From Spirochaetota bacterium (GTDB lineage Bacteria; Spirochaetota; UBA4802; UBA5550), in the NCBI GenBank assembly GCA_963663865.1, contig OY760686.1:800001-864000 (forward strand): DNA of 64,000 nucleotides, given 5' to 3'. The notes below the pieces were generated by a model, which searched no databases, was not told where the DNA came from, and was given only the letters and a program-made list of their open reading frames with translations. The position numbers and the translations under genes are program-made. Positions 46,112 through 60,347 of the stretch are shown here, in pieces; position 1 is the first letter of the stretch, and the number at the start of each line of letters is the position of its first letter.

Positions 46112-49100
46112 ATGCAAGAAGGAAAAAAAGTAATTAACTTTGGCAAAGTAAAATCAAGTGTACAGCTGCCAAATTTGATTGATATTCAGTTGAAGTCTTA
46201 TGAGTGGTTTCTACAACGCGGAACCGGGAAAGTTAAAAGTCAGGGACTTCAGGCAGTATTTGAGGAAATATTTCCGATAGAAAGCCCGCATGAAGATGTT
46301 GTTTTGGAGTTTATCGATTACGAAATCGGTGTGCCTAAATATTCAGAAGTCGAATGCAAGGACAGGGACGTTACATACGCAGCTCCTTTAAAGGCTACAA
46401 TTCGCCTTATCAGAAAAGATACTATGGAAGTCCGGGAGCAGACTGTATATATGGGCGATATCCCGCTTATGACAAGGCGCGGGACATTCATTGTGAACGG
46501 TGCTGAGCGTGTTGTTGTTAATCAGCTCCATAGATCTCCGGGTATTTTCTTTTTCTACGATGAATCGGAAAGGGTATATAATTCCAGAGTTATTCCGGAC
46601 AGGGGTTCGTGGCTTGAGTTCGAAATGGATGCTAAGGGACACATCATATCCCGGATAGACAGGAAAAAGAAGTTTCCAGCTACCCTTCTTGTGAGAGCTT
46701 TAGGGTATGAAGAAAATGATGAAATTGTCGATCTATTCTATGAGTCAAAAACGGTTAAGCTAAAGTCGGAAGAAGACTATGACTCACTTAATGGAAGACG
46801 TATCTCAAAAGATATATTCAGCAAAGAAACTGGCGAAGTCATACTTGAAGTCGGAGATAGAATCAATATAGATGTAATAGACAGGATTCGGGAAGAGAAA
46901 GTTAAGGAAGTCAGGTTAATTGAGTTTCCAAATAATAAAGAAGACAGTTATCTGCGTGCTACTCTTGAGTTCGAGGGTGAGTTTATTAAGAAGAACCTCA
47001 AAGTTGAAAGTGATCATGACTTCAAAAAGTCCGAACTTGCAATTCTGACAATTCATGCACTAATGAGACCCGGAGAGCCTACAACAATAGACAATGCAAG
47101 GCTTGAATTTGAAAGGCTATTCTTTAATCCTAAAACATATTCTCTGGGTCCTGTGGGCCGGTATAAAATAAACAACAAGTTCGGTTCTTTTACAAAAGAT
47201 GATGTTCTTACTTCAAATGATATTATCAACACCATTCGTTATATTCTCTATCTCATTGCTGAGGCTGAAGGCTTCGAGGTAATGAGTAAAGACGCAGAGG
47301 GGAACGATGAAAAAAGGATGGTTCTTACTATAGTAGACGACATCGATCACCTTGGAAACAGGAGGATTCGTTCTGTCGGCGAACTGATAATGAACCAGAT
47401 TAAAGTCGGTTTTCAGAGAATGGAAAGAGTTATCAAAGAAAGGATGACTATTCAGGATCTCGATATTATTACACCTCAGGCTTTAATAAGTATAAAGCCT
47501 ATATCCGCAGTTATAAATGAATTTTTTGGATCGAGTCAGCTCTCTCAGTTTATGGATCAGACTAATCCTCTTGCGGAGTTAACTCATAAGAGAAGACTTA
47601 ACGCATTAGGTCCAGGCGGTCTGTCCCGAGAACGTGCAGGATTTGAGGTTCGAGATGTACATGCCTCTCATTATGGCAGAATGTGTCCCATTGAAACACC
47701 GGAAGGACCAAATATCGGTCTTATTGCTTCATTGAGTACTTTCGGCAGAATAAACGAATACGGATTTCTGGAAACGCCGTACCGCTATGTCAAAGATGGA
47801 AAGTTGACCGACAAGGTACACTATCTGACTGCAGATATAGAGGACAATTATTTTGTCGCTCAGGCGAATGAGGAAATTGCGGAAGACGGTTCATTTATCA
47901 AAGCGATGGTTCCGTGTCGGAACAGGGGGAACTTCCCATACAAAAAGCCTAAAGAGATTCAGTACATGGACGTTTCGCCTAACCAGGTGTTTTCAGTGTC
48001 AACATGTCTAATACCGTTTCTGGAGCATGATGACGCCAATAGGGCTTTGATGGGATCAAATATGCAGCGCCAGGCAGTTCCTCTCATGGTTGAGGAAGCA
48101 CCTCTTGTGGGTACTGGTCTTGAGACTCACGCGGCTTATGATTCCGGAGTTCTTGTTATAGCTGACAGAGCGGGTGAAGTTGTAACAGCCGATGCTGCTG
48201 TTGTTAGAGTAAAAACATCTTCGGGTGATATAGATGAATATCCTCTTTTAAAGTTCAAACGTACGAATCAGGGAACATGTTTTAATCAGAAGCCGATTGT
48301 GAAGGCAGGGCAGAAAGTTAAAGTCGGGGATGTTCTGGCTGATGGACCCTCGACTGACAATGGCAGGCTGGCTCTTGGAAAGAATGTCGTTGTGGCATTT
48401 ATGCCATGGATGGGATATAACTTCGAAGACTCAATTCTTCTCTCTGAGCGTCTCGTTGAAGAAGATGTTCTGACGTCAATACATGTTGAGCAGTTTGAAG
48501 TTGAAGCCAGGGAAACAAAGCTTGGCCGTGAAATCATTACCAGAGACATTCCGAACCTTAGTGAGAAGGCTTTCCGTGATCTGGATGCTGACGGTGTTGT
48601 CAGGGTGGGTGCGTATGTTAAGCCGGACGATATACTTGTCGGAAAGGTTACTCCAAAAGGTGAACAGGACCTGACGCCTGAATACAAACTGCTTCACTCT
48701 ATTTTTGGAGAAAAGGCACGGGAAGTTCGTGATACATCACTCAGAGTTCCCAACGGTGTTGAGGGTGTGGTAATAGATATTAAACGCTTTTCAAGGGAGA
48801 ACTCAGATGAGCTCTCGCCAGGGGTTGAAGAGCTTGTTAAAGTTTACATAGCAGATAAGAGAAAAATATCTGTTGGTGATAAAATAGCTGGAAGACACGG
48901 AAATAAAGGTGTTATATCAAGGATTTTACCAAGGTATGATATGCCTTATCTTCCAGATGGAACCCCTGTCGATATAGTCTTGAATCCGCTGGGAGTTCCT
49001 TCAAGGATGAATCTCGGACAGTTATTTGAAACTGAACTTGGGTGGGCCGCCAGTGAGCTGGGAGCTCTCATGGAAACCCCCATTTTTGACGGAGCAAATG

Positions 49101-49642
49101 AAGATGAAATAAGACAGCATCTTGAGAAAGCCGGGCTGCCGGTGGATTCAAAATCTGTATTATATGACGGTCGAACAGGTGAAGCCTTCGAAGAAAGGGT
49201 TATGGTTGGGCATGTTTATATGCTTAAGCTTGCTCACATGGTTGATGACAAGATACACGCAAGATCTACGGGGCCATACTCACTTGTTACGCAGCAACCA
49301 CTTGGCGGAAAGGCTCAGTTCGGAGGCCAGAGGCTGGGAGAGATGGAGGTCTGGGCACTTGAAGCATACGGTGCGGCATATACTCTGCAGGAACTTCTGA
49401 CTGTTAAATCAGATGATATGCTCGGACGAGCGAGAATATATGAAGCCATTGTTAAGGGAATTAATACGACATCACCTGGAATACCGGAGTCATTTAATGT
49501 TCTTATTCAGGAACTGAGAGGTCTGGCGCTTGACGTGAGAATTTATGACGATTCAGGTGAGGAAATTGGACTTTCCGAGTGGAGTGAAGGTTTCAGTAAG
49601 TCAAAAAAACGTATAAAAATAGATAGTCTTGAAAATAAATAG
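46112..49642 (+). CDS. rpoB: RNA polymerase beta subunit
   Basis: [43 protein letters not shown]. Confidence 0.99.
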   Translation: MQEGKKVINFGKVKSSVQLPNLIDIQLKSYEWFLQRGTGKVKSQGLQAVFEEIFPIESPHEDVVLEFIDYEIGVPKYSEVECKDRDVTYAAPLKATIRLIRKDTMEVREQTVYMGDIPLMTRRGTFIVNGAERVVVNQLHRSPGIFFFYDESERVYNSRVIPDRGSWLEFEMDAKGHIISRIDRKKKFPATLLVRALGYEENDEIVDLFYESKTVKLKSEEDYDSLNGRRISKDIFSKETGEVILEVGDRINIDVIDRIREEKVKEVRLIEFPNNKEDSYLRATLEFEGEFIKKNLKVESDHDFKKSELAILTIHALMRPGEPTTIDNARLEFERLFFNPKTYSLGPVGRYKINNKFGSFTKDDVLTSNDIINTIRYILYLIAEAEGFEVMSKDAEGNDEKRMVLTIVDDIDHLGNRRIRSVGELIMNQIKVGFQRMERVIKERMTIQDLDIITPQALISIKPISAVINEFFGSSQLSQFMDQTNPLAELTHKRRLNALGPGGLSRERAGFEVRDVHASHYGRMCPIETPEGPNIGLIASLSTFGRINEYGFLETPYRYVKDGKLTDKVHYLTADIEDNYFVAQANEEIAEDGSFIKAMVPCRNRGNFPYKKPKEIQYMDVSPNQVFSVSTCLIPFLEHDDANRALMGSNMQRQAVPLMVEEAPLVGTGLETHAAYDSGVLVIADRAGEVVTADAAVVRVKTSSGDIDEYPLLKFKRTNQGTCFNQKPIVKAGQKVKVGDVLADGPSTDNGRLALGKNVVVAFMPWMGYNFEDSILLSERLVEEDVLTSIHVEQFEVEARETKLGREIITRDIPNLSEKAFRDLDADGVVRVGAYVKPDDILVGKVTPKGEQDLTPEYKLLHSIFGEKAREVRDTSLRVPNGVEGVVIDIKRFSRENSDELSPGVEELVKVYIADKRKISVGDKIAGRHGNKGVISRILPRYDMPYLPDGTPVDIVLNPLGVPSRMNLGQLFETELGWAASELGALMETPIFDGANEDEIRQHLEKAGLPVDSKSVLYDGRTGEAFEERVMVGHVYMLKLAHMVDDKIHARSTGPYSLVTQQPLGGKAQFGGQRLGEMEVWALEAYGAAYTLQELLTVKSDDMLGRARIYEAIVKGINTTSPGIPESFNVLIQELRGLALDVRIYDDSGEEIGLSEWSEGFSKSKKRIKIDSLENK

Positions 49643-49702
49643 AACTGTCTTTATATGAATGGCTGAAATGCCTTATAAAATCATAAAACGTAAGGAAAAA
49701 AA

Positions 49703-52700
49703 ATGAGGGACTTTAACGATTTTAGCTCAATGCAGATCAAACTCGCCTCTCCAGACCTTATCAGGGAATGGTCATACGGTGAGGTTAAAAAACCTGAAAC
49801 GATAAACTACAGGACATTAAAGCCTGAAAGAGATGGACTTTTCTGCGAAAAAATCTTTGGTACTACCAAGGAATGGGAGTGTTATTGCGGAAAATTCAAA
49901 TCTATCAGGTACAAGGGTGTTGTGTGTGATCGATGCGGGGTAGAGGTTACCCACTATAAGGTAAGGCGCGAAAGAAGCGGACATATAGAGCTTGCTACTC
50001 CTGTTGCTCATATATGGTATTATCGGTCTGTTCCATCCAGGATGGGATTACTGCTTAATATAACAGTAAACTCACTCAAAGCTGTTTTGTACTATGAGAA
50101 GTATATTGTTCTCGATCCAGGTGAAGCAGAAGTTGAAGATATTAAACGCAGTGATGTAATAGACGAAGAAACATATAACAATCTCTACGACAAATATGGT
50201 GATACTTTTGTAGCTTCGATGGGAGCTGAGGCGATAAAAGAACTTCTGCTTTCAATTGACCTTGATGAAGAATCAAGGCTGCTCAGAGCAGAGATTCACG
50301 CTAAATCGGCCAAAGAAGTAAAGATTGATAAAAAGCTTATTAAGAGGCTTGAAATAATTGAGTCATTTAAAGAATCAGGCAACAAGCCAGAGTGGATGGT
50401 TCTTGATGTAGTGCCGGTAATTCCACCTGAGCTAAGACCGATGGTACAGTTGGATGGTGGGCGCTTTGCAACTTCTGATTTGAACGATCTTTATCGAAGA
50501 GTAATCAATAGAAATAATAGGCTTAAGCGTCTTCTTATGCTTAGGGCCCCTGAAATAATAGTAAGGAATGAAAAGCGAATGCTGCAGGAGGCTGTTGATG
50601 CCCTTTTTGACAACAGCCGTCGTAAGAGAGCTGTAAAAGGAAAGGGAAACAGACCTTTGAAATCACTTTCCGATATGCTCAAAGGTAAACAGGGAAGGTT
50701 CCGTCAGAACCTACTCGGTAAACGGGTAGACTATTCAGGGCGTTCAGTTATTGTTGTAGGCCCAAGCTTAAAGCTATACCAATGTGGACTTCCTAAAAAA
50801 ATGGCTGTAGAACTTTTTAAGCCATTCATCATGAAGAGGCTTGTAGATAAGGATTATGTTCAAAATATAAAATCTGCAAAAAAAATGGTGGAGAACGAGA
50901 AAAATGAGGTTTGGGAGGTTCTTGAGGATGTTATATCGGAACATCCTGTGCTGTTGAATCGTGCTCCAACCCTTCACCGTCTTGGTATTCAGGCATTTGA
51001 ACCTGTTCTTGTTGAAGGTAAGGCTATTAAGCTTCATCCTCTTGTATGTCATGCTTATAATGCAGACTTTGACGGCGATCAGATGGCTGTTCACGTGCCG
51101 CTTTCGCCTCGAGCACAACTTGAGTGCTGGACATTAATGCTGTCGACAAACAACCTGCTTTCTCCAGCGAATGGTCATCCCGTAGTTTCTCCGAGCCAGG
51201 ACATCGTACTGGGTATCTATTACCTCACAAATATGGTAGAGGGTGATGCGAATGAGGGGAAATACTTCGATGATATTGTCGAAGTAAACAGAGCCGTTGA
51301 TTTTGGACAAATACATCTCAGGACAAAGATTAATTATCTTATGGGAGATGAATTTATTGAAACAACGGCAGGCCGCCTGATTTTTAATTCAATTCTTCCT
51401 GAAGGTTATCCTTTTATAAATCATGTAGTGGGGGATAAAGATATTTCAAAGATCATAGCGAAGGTTTTGCGCGAAAGTGGACCTGATGTTACGGTTAAAA
51501 TGCTTGATGCTATCAAAGAGAATGGATATTTTTACGCTACCCGTTTCGCCCCGACTATATCAATTTCAGATATTATTGTCCCGGATCTAAAAAAAGAGAT
51601 CATTGCTCTGGAAGATAAAAAAGTTGAGTCAATTGAGACTGAATACCGCAATGGATTCATTACTGATGAGGAACGTTATAATCGAATCGTTAACCTGTGG
51701 ACTAACACAAATGAGGTTATCGCTGATAAGATGTTTGAAAATCTTGCAACCAATTATGGCAATCTAAACCCGATTTTTGCTATGGCTCAATCAGGAGCCC
51801 GGGGAAGTAAACAGCAAATACGACAGCTTGCCGGAATGAGGGGCTTAATGGCTAAGCCAAGCGGAGAGATTATTGAGGTTCCTATCCGATCAAACTTTAA
51901 AGAAGGTCTTAATGTTCTTGAGTATTTCATTTCAACTAATGGAGCGCGAAAGGGACTTGCGGATACAGCTTTAAAAACGGCTGATGCTGGATATCTCACG
52001 AGAAGACTTGTCGATATTGCTCAGGACGTTGTTGTAGCGATAGAAGACTGCGGGACTTCAGTTGGAATAGATATTCACGCAATCAAGGAAGGCGATGATG
52101 TCATTGAATCTCTTGGTTCAAGAGCTCTGGGAAGAACGCTTTTATATGATTTGATTCACCCGGTTACAGGCAAAGTTGTAGCTCAGGCTGACAGTATTAT
52201 TGATGAAGAGCTTGCTGAGATGATAGACAGCCTGAATATAGACAGCATCGAGATAAGGTCTGTTCTGACTTGTGAGGCAAGGCATGGGGCCTGCGCTAAA
52301 TGTTACGGACGCAACCTTGCGACAGCCAGGCCGGTTGAACTTGGTGAGGCTGTAGGAATAATTGCAGCGCAGTCAATTGGACAGCCTGGTACTCAGCTGA
52401 CGATGAGAACTTTCCATATTGGCGGTATTGCCTCAAGAAGTGTTGAGGAAAGTGAAATTAAGATGAACTATCCTGTATATGTAAAGGATACCACATATAA
52501 GTCCATCAAGACAAAGGATAAAAAGACAATATCTGTCAGACGTGGTTACATGGTAGTTCAGAGGGTTATTATTAAGATGACCCTGAAAGGGGAGCCAGAG
52601 TTCAAATTCAATGACGGCGATAAGGTCTATGCCGGAGTAGTTATCGCGCAAAGTGCTGAAGAAGGCGATGTGATTGCGAAAAGCTCTGGTTATCTTAAGA

Positions 52701-53986
52701 TTGTCAAGAAGACAGTATATATTCTTGGAGATCCTCACTCAATTCCAATAAATATTGGAACAGAGATGTTCACAAAGTCAGATAAATTCCATGAGATGAA
52801 TGAAGTCCTAGCTACATTTGATCCATGGTTTGAACCGATACTAACTGAAATCGCTGGAGCGGTTGAGTTTATTGATATTGAGCTAAATAAAAGCTTGAAG
52901 GAAGAGATTGATGTAACCTCAAATGTTTCGAAACGTGTTATAGTTGAATACAAAACAGAAAAGCTTCAACCACGTATTAATATCAACATTCCCAACGGAG
53001 AACCACTGACGTACCTTCTGCCTAAAGGAGCTCACCTCATGGTAGAAAACGGTGCAAAAGTAGAGGCGGGAGTAGTCCTGGCCAAGATACCGAGGGGAGC
53101 TGCTAAAACAAAGGATATTACAGGAGGTCTTCCGAGGGTTGCTGAGCTGTTTGAAGCGAGGACTCCGAAGGATTCTGCTACCCTTACGGCGATTGATGGT
53201 ACAATATCGATTGGAGACACTGTCAAAAACAAGAGGAAAATCCTTGTTGAAGGTCAGGATGGCAATCAGAAGGAATACTCAATACCTGTTTCAAAGTTCT
53301 TGAGGGTTCAGGACGGAGATTGGATCGTAAAAGGGGAAAAAATTGATGACGGCCCTGTTGATCCACACGAAATTCTTAGAATCAAAGGACCGAGAGAATT
53401 ACAGAAGTTTCTTGTCAATGAGATTCAGGAAGTATACAGGCTGCAGGGTGTTGCTATCAATGATAAGCATATAGAGGTAATAGTCAGACAGATGCTGAGA
53501 AAGGTTAAGGTTACCGAACAAGGAGATTCAAACTTTGTAATTGAACAAATTATCGATAAGTTTGAATTCATTGAAGAAAATGACAGAGTCGCAAAAGAAG
53601 GTGGAAAGCCAGCTACCGCAATCCCTGTTCTTATGGGTATAACGAAAGCTGCACTTAACACTGAGTCTTTTGTCTCAGCGGCTTCATTCCAGGAAACTAC
53701 CAGGGTCTTGACAGATGCGGCTATTAAAGGAAAAGTTGACCAGCTAAGAGGCTTAAAGGAAAACGTTATTATAGGTCATTTAATACCAGCGGGAACGGGC
53801 GTCAGGGAATACAGCAGTGTCGAAGTGTTTCAGAATGAGCCCGGTGATTTGGATGTCTCTCATGAAGAAGAATCTGAAGAACCGAATCTCATTGAAGATA
53901 CTGTTCCGGAACCACAGCCAGCTCATAAGATTTTTCGAAGTGAAAGCGCTGAGGATTTAGATGCATTGGATTTTAATGAGGATTAG
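49703..53986 (+). CDS. rpoC: RNA polymerase beta' subunit
   Basis: [30 protein letters not shown]. Confidence 0.99.
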   Translation: MRDFNDFSSMQIKLASPDLIREWSYGEVKKPETINYRTLKPERDGLFCEKIFGTTKEWECYCGKFKSIRYKGVVCDRCGVEVTHYKVRRERSGHIELATPVAHIWYYRSVPSRMGLLLNITVNSLKAVLYYEKYIVLDPGEAEVEDIKRSDVIDEETYNNLYDKYGDTFVASMGAEAIKELLLSIDLDEESRLLRAEIHAKSAKEVKIDKKLIKRLEIIESFKESGNKPEWMVLDVVPVIPPELRPMVQLDGGRFATSDLNDLYRRVINRNNRLKRLLMLRAPEIIVRNEKRMLQEAVDALFDNSRRKRAVKGKGNRPLKSLSDMLKGKQGRFRQNLLGKRVDYSGRSVIVVGPSLKLYQCGLPKKMAVELFKPFIMKRLVDKDYVQNIKSAKKMVENEKNEVWEVLEDVISEHPVLLNRAPTLHRLGIQAFEPVLVEGKAIKLHPLVCHAYNADFDGDQMAVHVPLSPRAQLECWTLMLSTNNLLSPANGHPVVSPSQDIVLGIYYLTNMVEGDANEGKYFDDIVEVNRAVDFGQIHLRTKINYLMGDEFIETTAGRLIFNSILPEGYPFINHVVGDKDISKIIAKVLRESGPDVTVKMLDAIKENGYFYATRFAPTISISDIIVPDLKKEIIALEDKKVESIETEYRNGFITDEERYNRIVNLWTNTNEVIADKMFENLATNYGNLNPIFAMAQSGARGSKQQIRQLAGMRGLMAKPSGEIIEVPIRSNFKEGLNVLEYFISTNGARKGLADTALKTADAGYLTRRLVDIAQDVVVAIEDCGTSVGIDIHAIKEGDDVIESLGSRALGRTLLYDLIHPVTGKVVAQADSIIDEELAEMIDSLNIDSIEIRSVLTCEARHGACAKCYGRNLATARPVELGEAVGIIAAQSIGQPGTQLTMRTFHIGGIASRSVEESEIKMNYPVYVKDTTYKSIKTKDKKTISVRRGYMVVQRVIIKMTLKGEPEFKFNDGDKVYAGVVIAQSAEEGDVIAKSSGYLKIVKKTVYILGDPHSIPINIGTEMFTKSDKFHEMNEVLATFDPWFEPILTEIAGAVEFIDIELNKSLKEEIDVTSNVSKRVIVEYKTEKLQPRININIPNGEPLTYLLPKGAHLMVENGAKVEAGVVLAKIPRGAAKTKDITGGLPRVAELFEARTPKDSATLTAIDGTISIGDTVKNKRKILVEGQDGNQKEYSIPVSKFLRVQDGDWIVKGEKIDDGPVDPHEILRIKGPRELQKFLVNEIQEVYRLQGVAINDKHIEVIVRQMLRKVKVTEQGDSNFVIEQIIDKFEFIEENDRVAKEGGKPATAIPVLMGITKAALNTESFVSAASFQETTRVLTDAAIKGKVDQLRGLKENVIIGHLIPAGTGVREYSSVEVFQNEPGDLDVSHEEESEEPNLIEDTVPEPQPAHKIFRSESAEDLDALDFNED

Positions 53987-54129
53987 ATGTAAAAAATTAC
54001 TGAATAAAGCTGTAAAAAGATAATTGCTTGACAAAAAATGTGCTAAAGAAAGCAATTTACAATAAGTAAAGATTTATATCTGAATAAACATAAAGACGAA
54101 ATAATATTCACAAAGACATAGGAGTCGAG

Positions 54130-54504
54130 ATGCCAACAATTAACCAGCTAATTAAAAAAGGCAGAAGCGTAAAGATCAAAAAATCAAAATCACCAGCGCT
54201 ACAGCAGTCTCCTCAAAAGAGAGGGGTTTGTACTAGGGTAATGACTTTTACCCCGAAAAAGCCGAACTCAGCTTTGAGGAAAGTTGCCAGGGTAAGATTG
54301 TCTAATGGAATTGAGGTTACAGCTTATATTCCGGGAGTTGGACACAATTTGCAGGAACACTCTGCGGTTTTAATAAGGGGCGGACGTGTAAAAGACCTTC
54401 CAGGTGTTCGTTACCATATTATCAGGGGTACATTGGATTCTCTGGGAGTTGCTGATAGACGGAAAAGCCGATCGAAGTACGGCGCTAAAAGGCCTAAGGC
54501 TTAA
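54130..54504 (+). CDS. rpsL: 30S ribosomal protein S12
   Basis: [21 protein letters not shown]. Confidence 0.99.
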   Translation: MPTINQLIKKGRSVKIKKSKSPALQQSPQKRGVCTRVMTFTPKKPNSALRKVARVRLSNGIEVTAYIPGVGHNLQEHSAVLIRGGRVKDLPGVRYHIIRGTLDSLGVADRRKSRSKYGAKRPKA

Positions 54505-54531
54505 TTATAACACATAAATGAGGATTTAAAA

Positions 54532-54999
54532 ATGCGAAGAAGAAGACCTCCTAAAAGAGATATACTACCAGATCCTAAGTTTGGCAGCAAGTTGGTTACA
54601 AAGTTTGTGAATTGTATGATGCTTGATGGAAAAAAAGGAATTTCAGAGAGTATTTTTTACAGAGCCATGGGAATATTGAGTGAAAAGACTCAGAAAGAAC
54701 CAATCGAAGTATTTATACAGGCTATGGAAAACGTTAAGCCTCAGGTTGAGGTTAAGTCGAGAAGGGTTGGCGGTGCAACATATCAGGTTCCAATAGAAAT
54801 AAGACCCGAAAGACGTCAGGCCCTTGCTATAAGATGGCTTGTTAACTATTCCCGAGCGCGTTCAGAGAATACAATGTACCAGAGATTGGCCGGTGAGTTA
54901 ATCGATGCTTACAACAATACAGGTTCGGCAATTAAAAAGAAAGAGGACACCCATAGAATGGCTGATGCCAATAAGGCATTCGCTCATTACAAGTGGTAA
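54532..54999 (+). CDS. rpsG: 30S ribosomal protein S7
   Basis: [25 protein letters not shown]. Confidence 0.99.
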   Translation: MRRRRPPKRDILPDPKFGSKLVTKFVNCMMLDGKKGISESIFYRAMGILSEKTQKEPIEVFIQAMENVKPQVEVKSRRVGGATYQVPIEIRPERRQALAIRWLVNYSRARSENTMYQRLAGELIDAYNNTGSAIKKKEDTHRMADANKAFAHYKW

Positions 55000-55024
55000 T
55001 GTATAATGTTCAGGTCGTGCGAAT

Positions 55025-55047
55025 GCCAGGCCATAGGCCTGGTTTTT
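55025..55047 (+). terminator. Terminator-like hairpin between rpsG and fusA
   Basis: GCCAGGCC-ATA-GGCCTGGT followed by TTTT. Confidence 0.5.
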
Positions 55048-55086
55048 GCGTATATTGACCGCTTTAAATAAGGTTTCAGGTGAGAT

Positions 55087-57171
55087 ATGCCCAGAGAGTT
55101 ACCAATAAACAGGACAAGAAATATCGGCATAATGGCACATATTGATGCCGGGAAGACTACTCTTACTGAGAGGGTGCTTTTTTATACAGGGAAGACCCAT
55201 AAAATTGGTGAAGTACACGACGGCAATGCTGAGATGGATTGGATGCAGCAGGAAAAGGAAAGAGGTATCACCATAACTGCGGCAGCTACAACCTGTTACT
55301 GGAAAAACACTAAGATTAATATCATTGATACACCTGGACATGTTGATTTTACTGTTGAAGTTGAAAGGAGTCTCCGGGTCCTTGACTCGGCGATCGCTGT
55401 TTTCGATGGTGTTGCTGGTGTTGAGCCTCAATCAGAAACTGTGTGGCGGCAGGCTGACCGTTATCAAATTCCGCGTTTATGTTTTATAAACAAGATGGAC
55501 AGGGTTGGAGCAGACTACTGGCGTTGTGTTGATATGATTGAATCTAAGCTCAAAGCTCTACCGTTACCTGTCCAAATTCCCGTCGGTTCGGAAGATAATT
55601 TTCAGGGTACTATAGATTTAATTAAAATGCAGTGCTTGAGGTGGACAAATGCAGATGGAACGGACTACGAGTATTCGGACATTCCATCTGAGCTTATTGA
55701 GCTTGCTGAAAGTTCACGTAGAAGGATGCTTGAAGCAATTTGTGATTATGATGAAGAGTTAATGGAGCTATACCTTGAGGAAAAAGAAATTCCACAGGAC
55801 ATGATAATTCGCGGGATAAGGCATGCGGCTCTTTCCGGCAAGGTATTCCCGGTATTTTGCGGCTCGGCTTTGAAGAACAAAGGTGTTCAGCCTGTGTTAG
55901 ACGCTGTAATTGACTATATGCCTTCACCAAAGGATGTACCCGCTGTTAGAGGGCACGATATTAAAGATAATGATGTTATCATTTCAAGAGAAGTGGATGA
56001 TAAAGAGCCATTTTCAGCTATTGTGTTTAAGGTGATGTCTGATCCCTTTGTTGGGAAGCTTTCATTTATCAGAGTCTACTCGGGGCATGTGTGTTCAGGT
56101 GAGGTGGTATTCAATTCTACATCAGGCAAACGCGAGAGGGCTAACAGATTCCTGAAGATGCATGCGAATAACAGGGAAGATGTCTCTGAGGTATATACTG
56201 GAGACATTATTGCTGTTGTTGGATTAAAGTCTTCACGTACAGGTGATTCGCTCTGTGATGAAAAAAATCCTATCCTTCTTGAAAAGATGGAATTTCCGGA
56301 GCCGGTTATTTCGGTGGCTATTGAACCTAAGACGAAAGCAGATCAGGAAAAATTAAAAATGTCCCTGGCTCGTCTGGAAGATGAGGATCCTACTTTTAAG
56401 GTTTCGATTAGTCCTGACACGGGACAGACGTTAATATCCGGTATGGGAGAGCTTCATCTTGAAATAATTATTGATAGGCTTCTGCGTGAATTTAACATCG
56501 TGGCAAATGTGGGCAAACCTCAGGTTACTTATAAAGAAACAGTCAAATCGTCTTCTGAATCTGAGTATCTTTATGACAAGCCAATCGCTGGAAAGGAACA
56601 ATACGCGCAAGTCAAGCTAATGCTTGGGCCCAATAAAAGGGGAGGCGGGCTTTTTTATTCTCTGGAATGTAAATCCTCAATACCTGAACAGTATTTAAAG
56701 GAAATTGAAGCGGGAATCAAGGATGCTTTGGAAGCCGGAGTAATTGCCGGCTATGCTGTTGAGGACGTTAAGGTGGCAATAACCTCTGTAGATTTTGATG
56801 AAAATAAACAGTCTGATACGGCATTCAGAATAGCAGCTGGCATGGCTTTCAGGAACGCTATGAGTGGGGCTGAGCCTGCTTTGATGGAGCCGGTTATGAA
56901 TCTTGAAGTCGTATCTCCAGAAGAGTACTCTGGCGAGGTTATAAATGATCTTAATTCTAGGAGAGGCCGCGTTGAGAATATTGACTACAGGGGACACTTG
57001 AAGGTTATTGATGGAATTGTCCCCATGTCTGAGGCTTTTGGATACTCTACGAACCTCAGGTCGGTCAGCCAGGGCAGGGCTTCGTATTCATTGACTTTTT
57101 CACATTATGACATTGTTCCGGATCAAATACAGAAGATTATCATAGGGCGTATGACAGGTGTAATAGCTTAG
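55087..57171 (+). CDS. fusA: Elongation factor G (str operon copy, divergent domain IV)
   Basis: [32 protein letters not shown]. Confidence 0.95.
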   Translation: MPRELPINRTRNIGIMAHIDAGKTTLTERVLFYTGKTHKIGEVHDGNAEMDWMQQEKERGITITAAATTCYWKNTKINIIDTPGHVDFTVEVERSLRVLDSAIAVFDGVAGVEPQSETVWRQADRYQIPRLCFINKMDRVGADYWRCVDMIESKLKALPLPVQIPVGSEDNFQGTIDLIKMQCLRWTNADGTDYEYSDIPSELIELAESSRRRMLEAICDYDEELMELYLEEKEIPQDMIIRGIRHAALSGKVFPVFCGSALKNKGVQPVLDAVIDYMPSPKDVPAVRGHDIKDNDVIISREVDDKEPFSAIVFKVMSDPFVGKLSFIRVYSGHVCSGEVVFNSTSGKRERANRFLKMHANNREDVSEVYTGDIIAVVGLKSSRTGDSLCDEKNPILLEKMEFPEPVISVAIEPKTKADQEKLKMSLARLEDEDPTFKVSISPDTGQTLISGMGELHLEIIIDRLLREFNIVANVGKPQVTYKETVKSSSESEYLYDKPIAGKEQYAQVKLMLGPNKRGGGLFYSLECKSSIPEQYLKEIEAGIKDALEAGVIAGYAVEDVKVAITSVDFDENKQSDTAFRIAAGMAFRNAMSGAEPALMEPVMNLEVVSPEEYSGEVINDLNSRRGRVENIDYRGHLKVIDGIVPMSEAFGYSTNLRSVSQGRASYSLTFSHYDIVPDQIQKIIIGRMTGVIA

Positions 57172-57378
57172 ATATTAAAGACCATGCGAGTTTGATATTT
57201 TTTGCATTAATTACTTGACAGAATAGGCTTATTTTTTTTTTATTCATAAACCCGCAGGACATATAGTCGTGAAATAGTTCATATTTTGTGGCTGTTTTCT
57301 TGTTTTTTAATATTCAAAAATTATTCTTAATCGAAAATTTTTGCTTTTTTAAGTAAAATTTATAAAGGAGTTATTCAT

Positions 57379-58593
57379 ATGGCTAAAGAGAAATTTGACA
57401 GATCTAAGCCTCATGTCAACGTGGGTACAATTGGTCACATTGACCATGGTAAGACTACGCTGACTGCAGCAATTACAAAAGTTCTGCATGCTGCATACGG
57501 AACCGGTAAAGCGGTTAATTTTGACCAGATCGACAATGCCCCGGAGGAGAAGGCACGAGGGATAACGATCGCGACATCTCACCAGGAGTATGAAACTCCT
57601 AACAGGCATTATGCTCACGTAGACTGTCCAGGTCACGCTGACTATGTTAAGAATATGATTACTGGTGCTGCTCAGATGGATGCTGCTATCCTTGTTGTTG
57701 CGGCTACAGATGGTGCCATGCCGCAGACAAGAGAACACGTTCTTCTTGCAAAGCAGGTAAACGTGCCTTATATCGTTGTATTTCTTAATAAAGTAGATAT
57801 GCTTGATCCGGCTGATAGAGCTGAGATGGTTGAGCTTGTTGAAATGGAAATCAGAGAGCTTTTAAGTAAAAATTCTTTTCCGGGAGATGAGGTTCCTGTT
57901 ATTCCTGGCTCTGCATTAAAAGCACTTGAAGCTGCTGATGCAGGAAATAAAGATGATGAGTGGTTTCAGACTGTTGTTAAACTTGGCGAGGCTCTGGATA
58001 CATATGTTCCTCAGCCTGAAAGGGTTACTGATAAGCCTTACTTGATGCCTATTGAGGACGTTTTTACAATTACTGGACGCGGTACTGTAGTTACAGGTAG
58101 AATTGAGCGTGGTATTATAAAAACTGGTGAAGAGGTCGAGATTATCGGTTTTGCTGACACGAGGAAAAGTGTTTGTACCGGCGTTGAGATGTTTAGAAAG
58201 ATACTTGACGAAGGAATGGCTGGGGATAATGTTGGTATTCTTCTAAGGGGTATTGGGAAGGATGATGTTCAAAGAGGACAGGTTCTTGCTAAGCCAGGTT
58301 CTATAACACCTCATAAGAAGTTTCTGTGCCGTGTTTATGTTCTTAAAAAAGAAGAAGGTGGAAGGCATACACCGTTCTTTGGGAACTACAGGCCTCAGTT
58401 TTATTTCAGGACAACAGACGTTACAGGTATCATTCAGCTTCCTGAGGGCGTTGAGATGGTTATGCCGGGAGATGATATTGAGATGACTGTAGAGCTTATT
58501 GCTCCTGTTGCGATGGAAGAGGAACTTCGATTCGCTATCCGTGAAGGCGGAAGAACGGTTGGAGCGGGTGTAGTAACAAAAGTAATAGAGTAG
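57379..58593 (+). CDS. tuf: Elongation factor Tu
   Basis: [33 protein letters not shown]. Confidence 0.99.
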   Translation: MAKEKFDRSKPHVNVGTIGHIDHGKTTLTAAITKVLHAAYGTGKAVNFDQIDNAPEEKARGITIATSHQEYETPNRHYAHVDCPGHADYVKNMITGAAQMDAAILVVAATDGAMPQTREHVLLAKQVNVPYIVVFLNKVDMLDPADRAEMVELVEMEIRELLSKNSFPGDEVPVIPGSALKALEAADAGNKDDEWFQTVVKLGEALDTYVPQPERVTDKPYLMPIEDVFTITGRGTVVTGRIERGIIKTGEEVEIIGFADTRKSVCTGVEMFRKILDEGMAGDNVGILLRGIGKDDVQRGQVLAKPGSITPHKKFLCRVYVLKKEEGGRHTPFFGNYRPQFYFRTTDVTGIIQLPEGVEMVMPGDDIEMTVELIAPVAMEEELRFAIREGGRTVGAGVVTKVIE

Positions 58594-58617
58594 TTCAGTT
58601 GAAATAGAAATTATTGG

Positions 58618-58650
58618 TGTTATCCGGGAGTAGTCATCTCCCGGATAACA
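58618..58650 (+). terminator. Hairpin after tuf
   Basis: Perfect 13-bp stem TGTTATCCGGGAG/CTCCCGGATAACA with an AT-rich tail. Confidence 0.6.
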
Positions 58651-58679
58651 ATTATTTATGACAGGAATGGGAAAAAACA

Positions 58680-58997
58680 GTGTCAAAGTTAACAGGACAA
58701 AAAATTAGAGTAAAGCTTAGATCTTTTGATGCAAAGCTTCTTGATCAGTCTGCAGAGAAAATTGTTGCAACTTCTAACAGGAGCGGAGCAAAGGTTGCGG
58801 GTCCTGTGCCCTTGCCGACGAACATAGAAAAATTTTGTGTTCTCAGGTCACCACATGTAAATAAAAAATCTCGTGAACAGTTTGAGATTAGAACACATAA
58901 GCGGCTTATTGATATTATAGATCCTAATTCAGATACCGTTGAAGCTCTTATGAAACTTGAATTGCCTGCTGGGGTTTCGGTTGATATAAAGTCGTAA
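58680..58997 (+). CDS. rpsJ: 30S ribosomal protein S10
   Basis: [21 protein letters not shown]. Confidence 0.98.
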   Translation: MSKLTGQKIRVKLRSFDAKLLDQSAEKIVATSNRSGAKVAGPVPLPTNIEKFCVLRSPHVNKKSREQFEIRTHKRLIDIIDPNSDTVEALMKLELPAGVSVDIKS

Positions 58998-59075
58998 ACC
59001 GAAGTGATTGATGATGACATTTGAAGCTGCTATGATAAGTGGCTTTGCAATTATATTATGCTATAATGGGTTGGA

Positions 59076-59696
59076 GTGATGAAAAAAGCACTTATTGGAA
59101 AAAAATTAGGGATGACTCAGTACATCCAGGAAGACGGCACAGTTATCCCTGTAACTATATGTGAGCTGGGACCGTGTGTTGTAGTGCAGAAAAAAACAGT
59201 AGAGAATGACGGTTATAAATCTATCAAGGTTGGCTATGGAGACTGTAAAGAACAATCTCTGTCGATGGCCCAGCGGAAGGAACTGGCTGGCCGGTCTGTA
59301 CAGCCAAAGAAGGTTTTTCAAGAAATTGAAGTGTTCGATGAACAACTTGAAATAGGGAGTGTCATTGATTGTTCAATTTTTGAAGAAAATCAAAAAGTCA
59401 TTGTTTCTGGTGTTTCTAAGGGAAGAGGATTTGCTGGTGTTATTAAGCGACATGGATTTGGTGGTGGAAAAATGACTCATGGTTCACATTTCCATAGAGC
59501 GCCGGGTTCCATCGGTGCTTGCGCTTTTCCTGGTGAAGTTTGGAAAGGGCAAAAAATGCCTGGTAGGCATGGGTCTATTACAACAACAGTAAAGAATTTA
59601 AAGATAGTTAAAGTTGTTCCTGAAAAAAATATTGTCTTGATCTCAGGTGCTGTTCCTGGAACAAAGAACTCTCTAATAACAGTTAAAGAAGTATAG
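59076..59696 (+). CDS. rplC: 50S ribosomal protein L3
   Basis: GKKLGMTQ, SKGRGFAGVIKRH, HRAPGSIG. Confidence 0.98.
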   Translation: MMKKALIGKKLGMTQYIQEDGTVIPVTICELGPCVVVQKKTVENDGYKSIKVGYGDCKEQSLSMAQRKELAGRSVQPKKVFQEIEVFDEQLEIGSVIDCSIFEENQKVIVSGVSKGRGFAGVIKRHGFGGGKMTHGSHFHRAPGSIGACAFPGEVWKGQKMPGRHGSITTTVKNLKIVKVVPEKNIVLISGAVPGTKNSLITVKEV

Positions 59697-59720
59697 TACA
59701 TTATTTGAACAGGTAAGGAA

Positions 59721-60347
59721 ATGAAAATAGATAAGTATTCTATAGATGGTAATATTGTTGGTCAAATAGAGTTGCCAGAAGATGTTTTTGGAGCTGATGT
59801 AAACGATGTTCTTATTTATGACTTAATAAGAGCAATGAATGCCAACTCACACCAGGGAACTCATAAGACAAAAGAGAGATCAGAGATCAGAGGTGGCGGA
59901 GTAAAACCCTGGAAACAGAAAGGAACTGGACGTGCACGGGCAGGTTCATCCAGGTCGCCTATATGGAGAGGTGGTGGTACAGTTTTTGGACCGAGGCCGA
60001 GATCATACAGGATAGAGCTTCCCAGAAAGGTAAAACAAGCAGCCTACAGATCTTTGTTTTCGTTAAAAGCAAAGCAAGGAACTTTGAAGGTCATCGAAGA
60101 TTTTGATGTACAGGGAAAGACAAAAGAAATGGCTACTATAGCTAAAAAGCTTTCAGTTAATAAGGGATTATTGATAACAGATAATGAGTCTCTACTTTTA
60201 AAGAGATCAATGAAAAATCTTCCAAATTTTTTCTATAATAATGTAAAAAGAATTTCGGGCAAAGAAATCTTTAACTGTAAGGATCTTGTTATTACTGAAG
60301 GTGCTGTTAAGGTGATAAAAGAAACATACTCGAAGGTGGCTAAATAA
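59721..60347 (+). CDS. rplD: 50S ribosomal protein L4
   Basis: KPWKQKGTGRARAG, GGGTVFGPRPR. Confidence 0.98.
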   Translation: MKIDKYSIDGNIVGQIELPEDVFGADVNDVLIYDLIRAMNANSHQGTHKTKERSEIRGGGVKPWKQKGTGRARAGSSRSPIWRGGGTVFGPRPRSYRIELPRKVKQAAYRSLFSLKAKQGTLKVIEDFDVQGKTKEMATIAKKLSVNKGLLITDNESLLLKRSMKNLPNFFYNNVKRISGKEIFNCKDLVITEGAVKVIKETYSKVAK

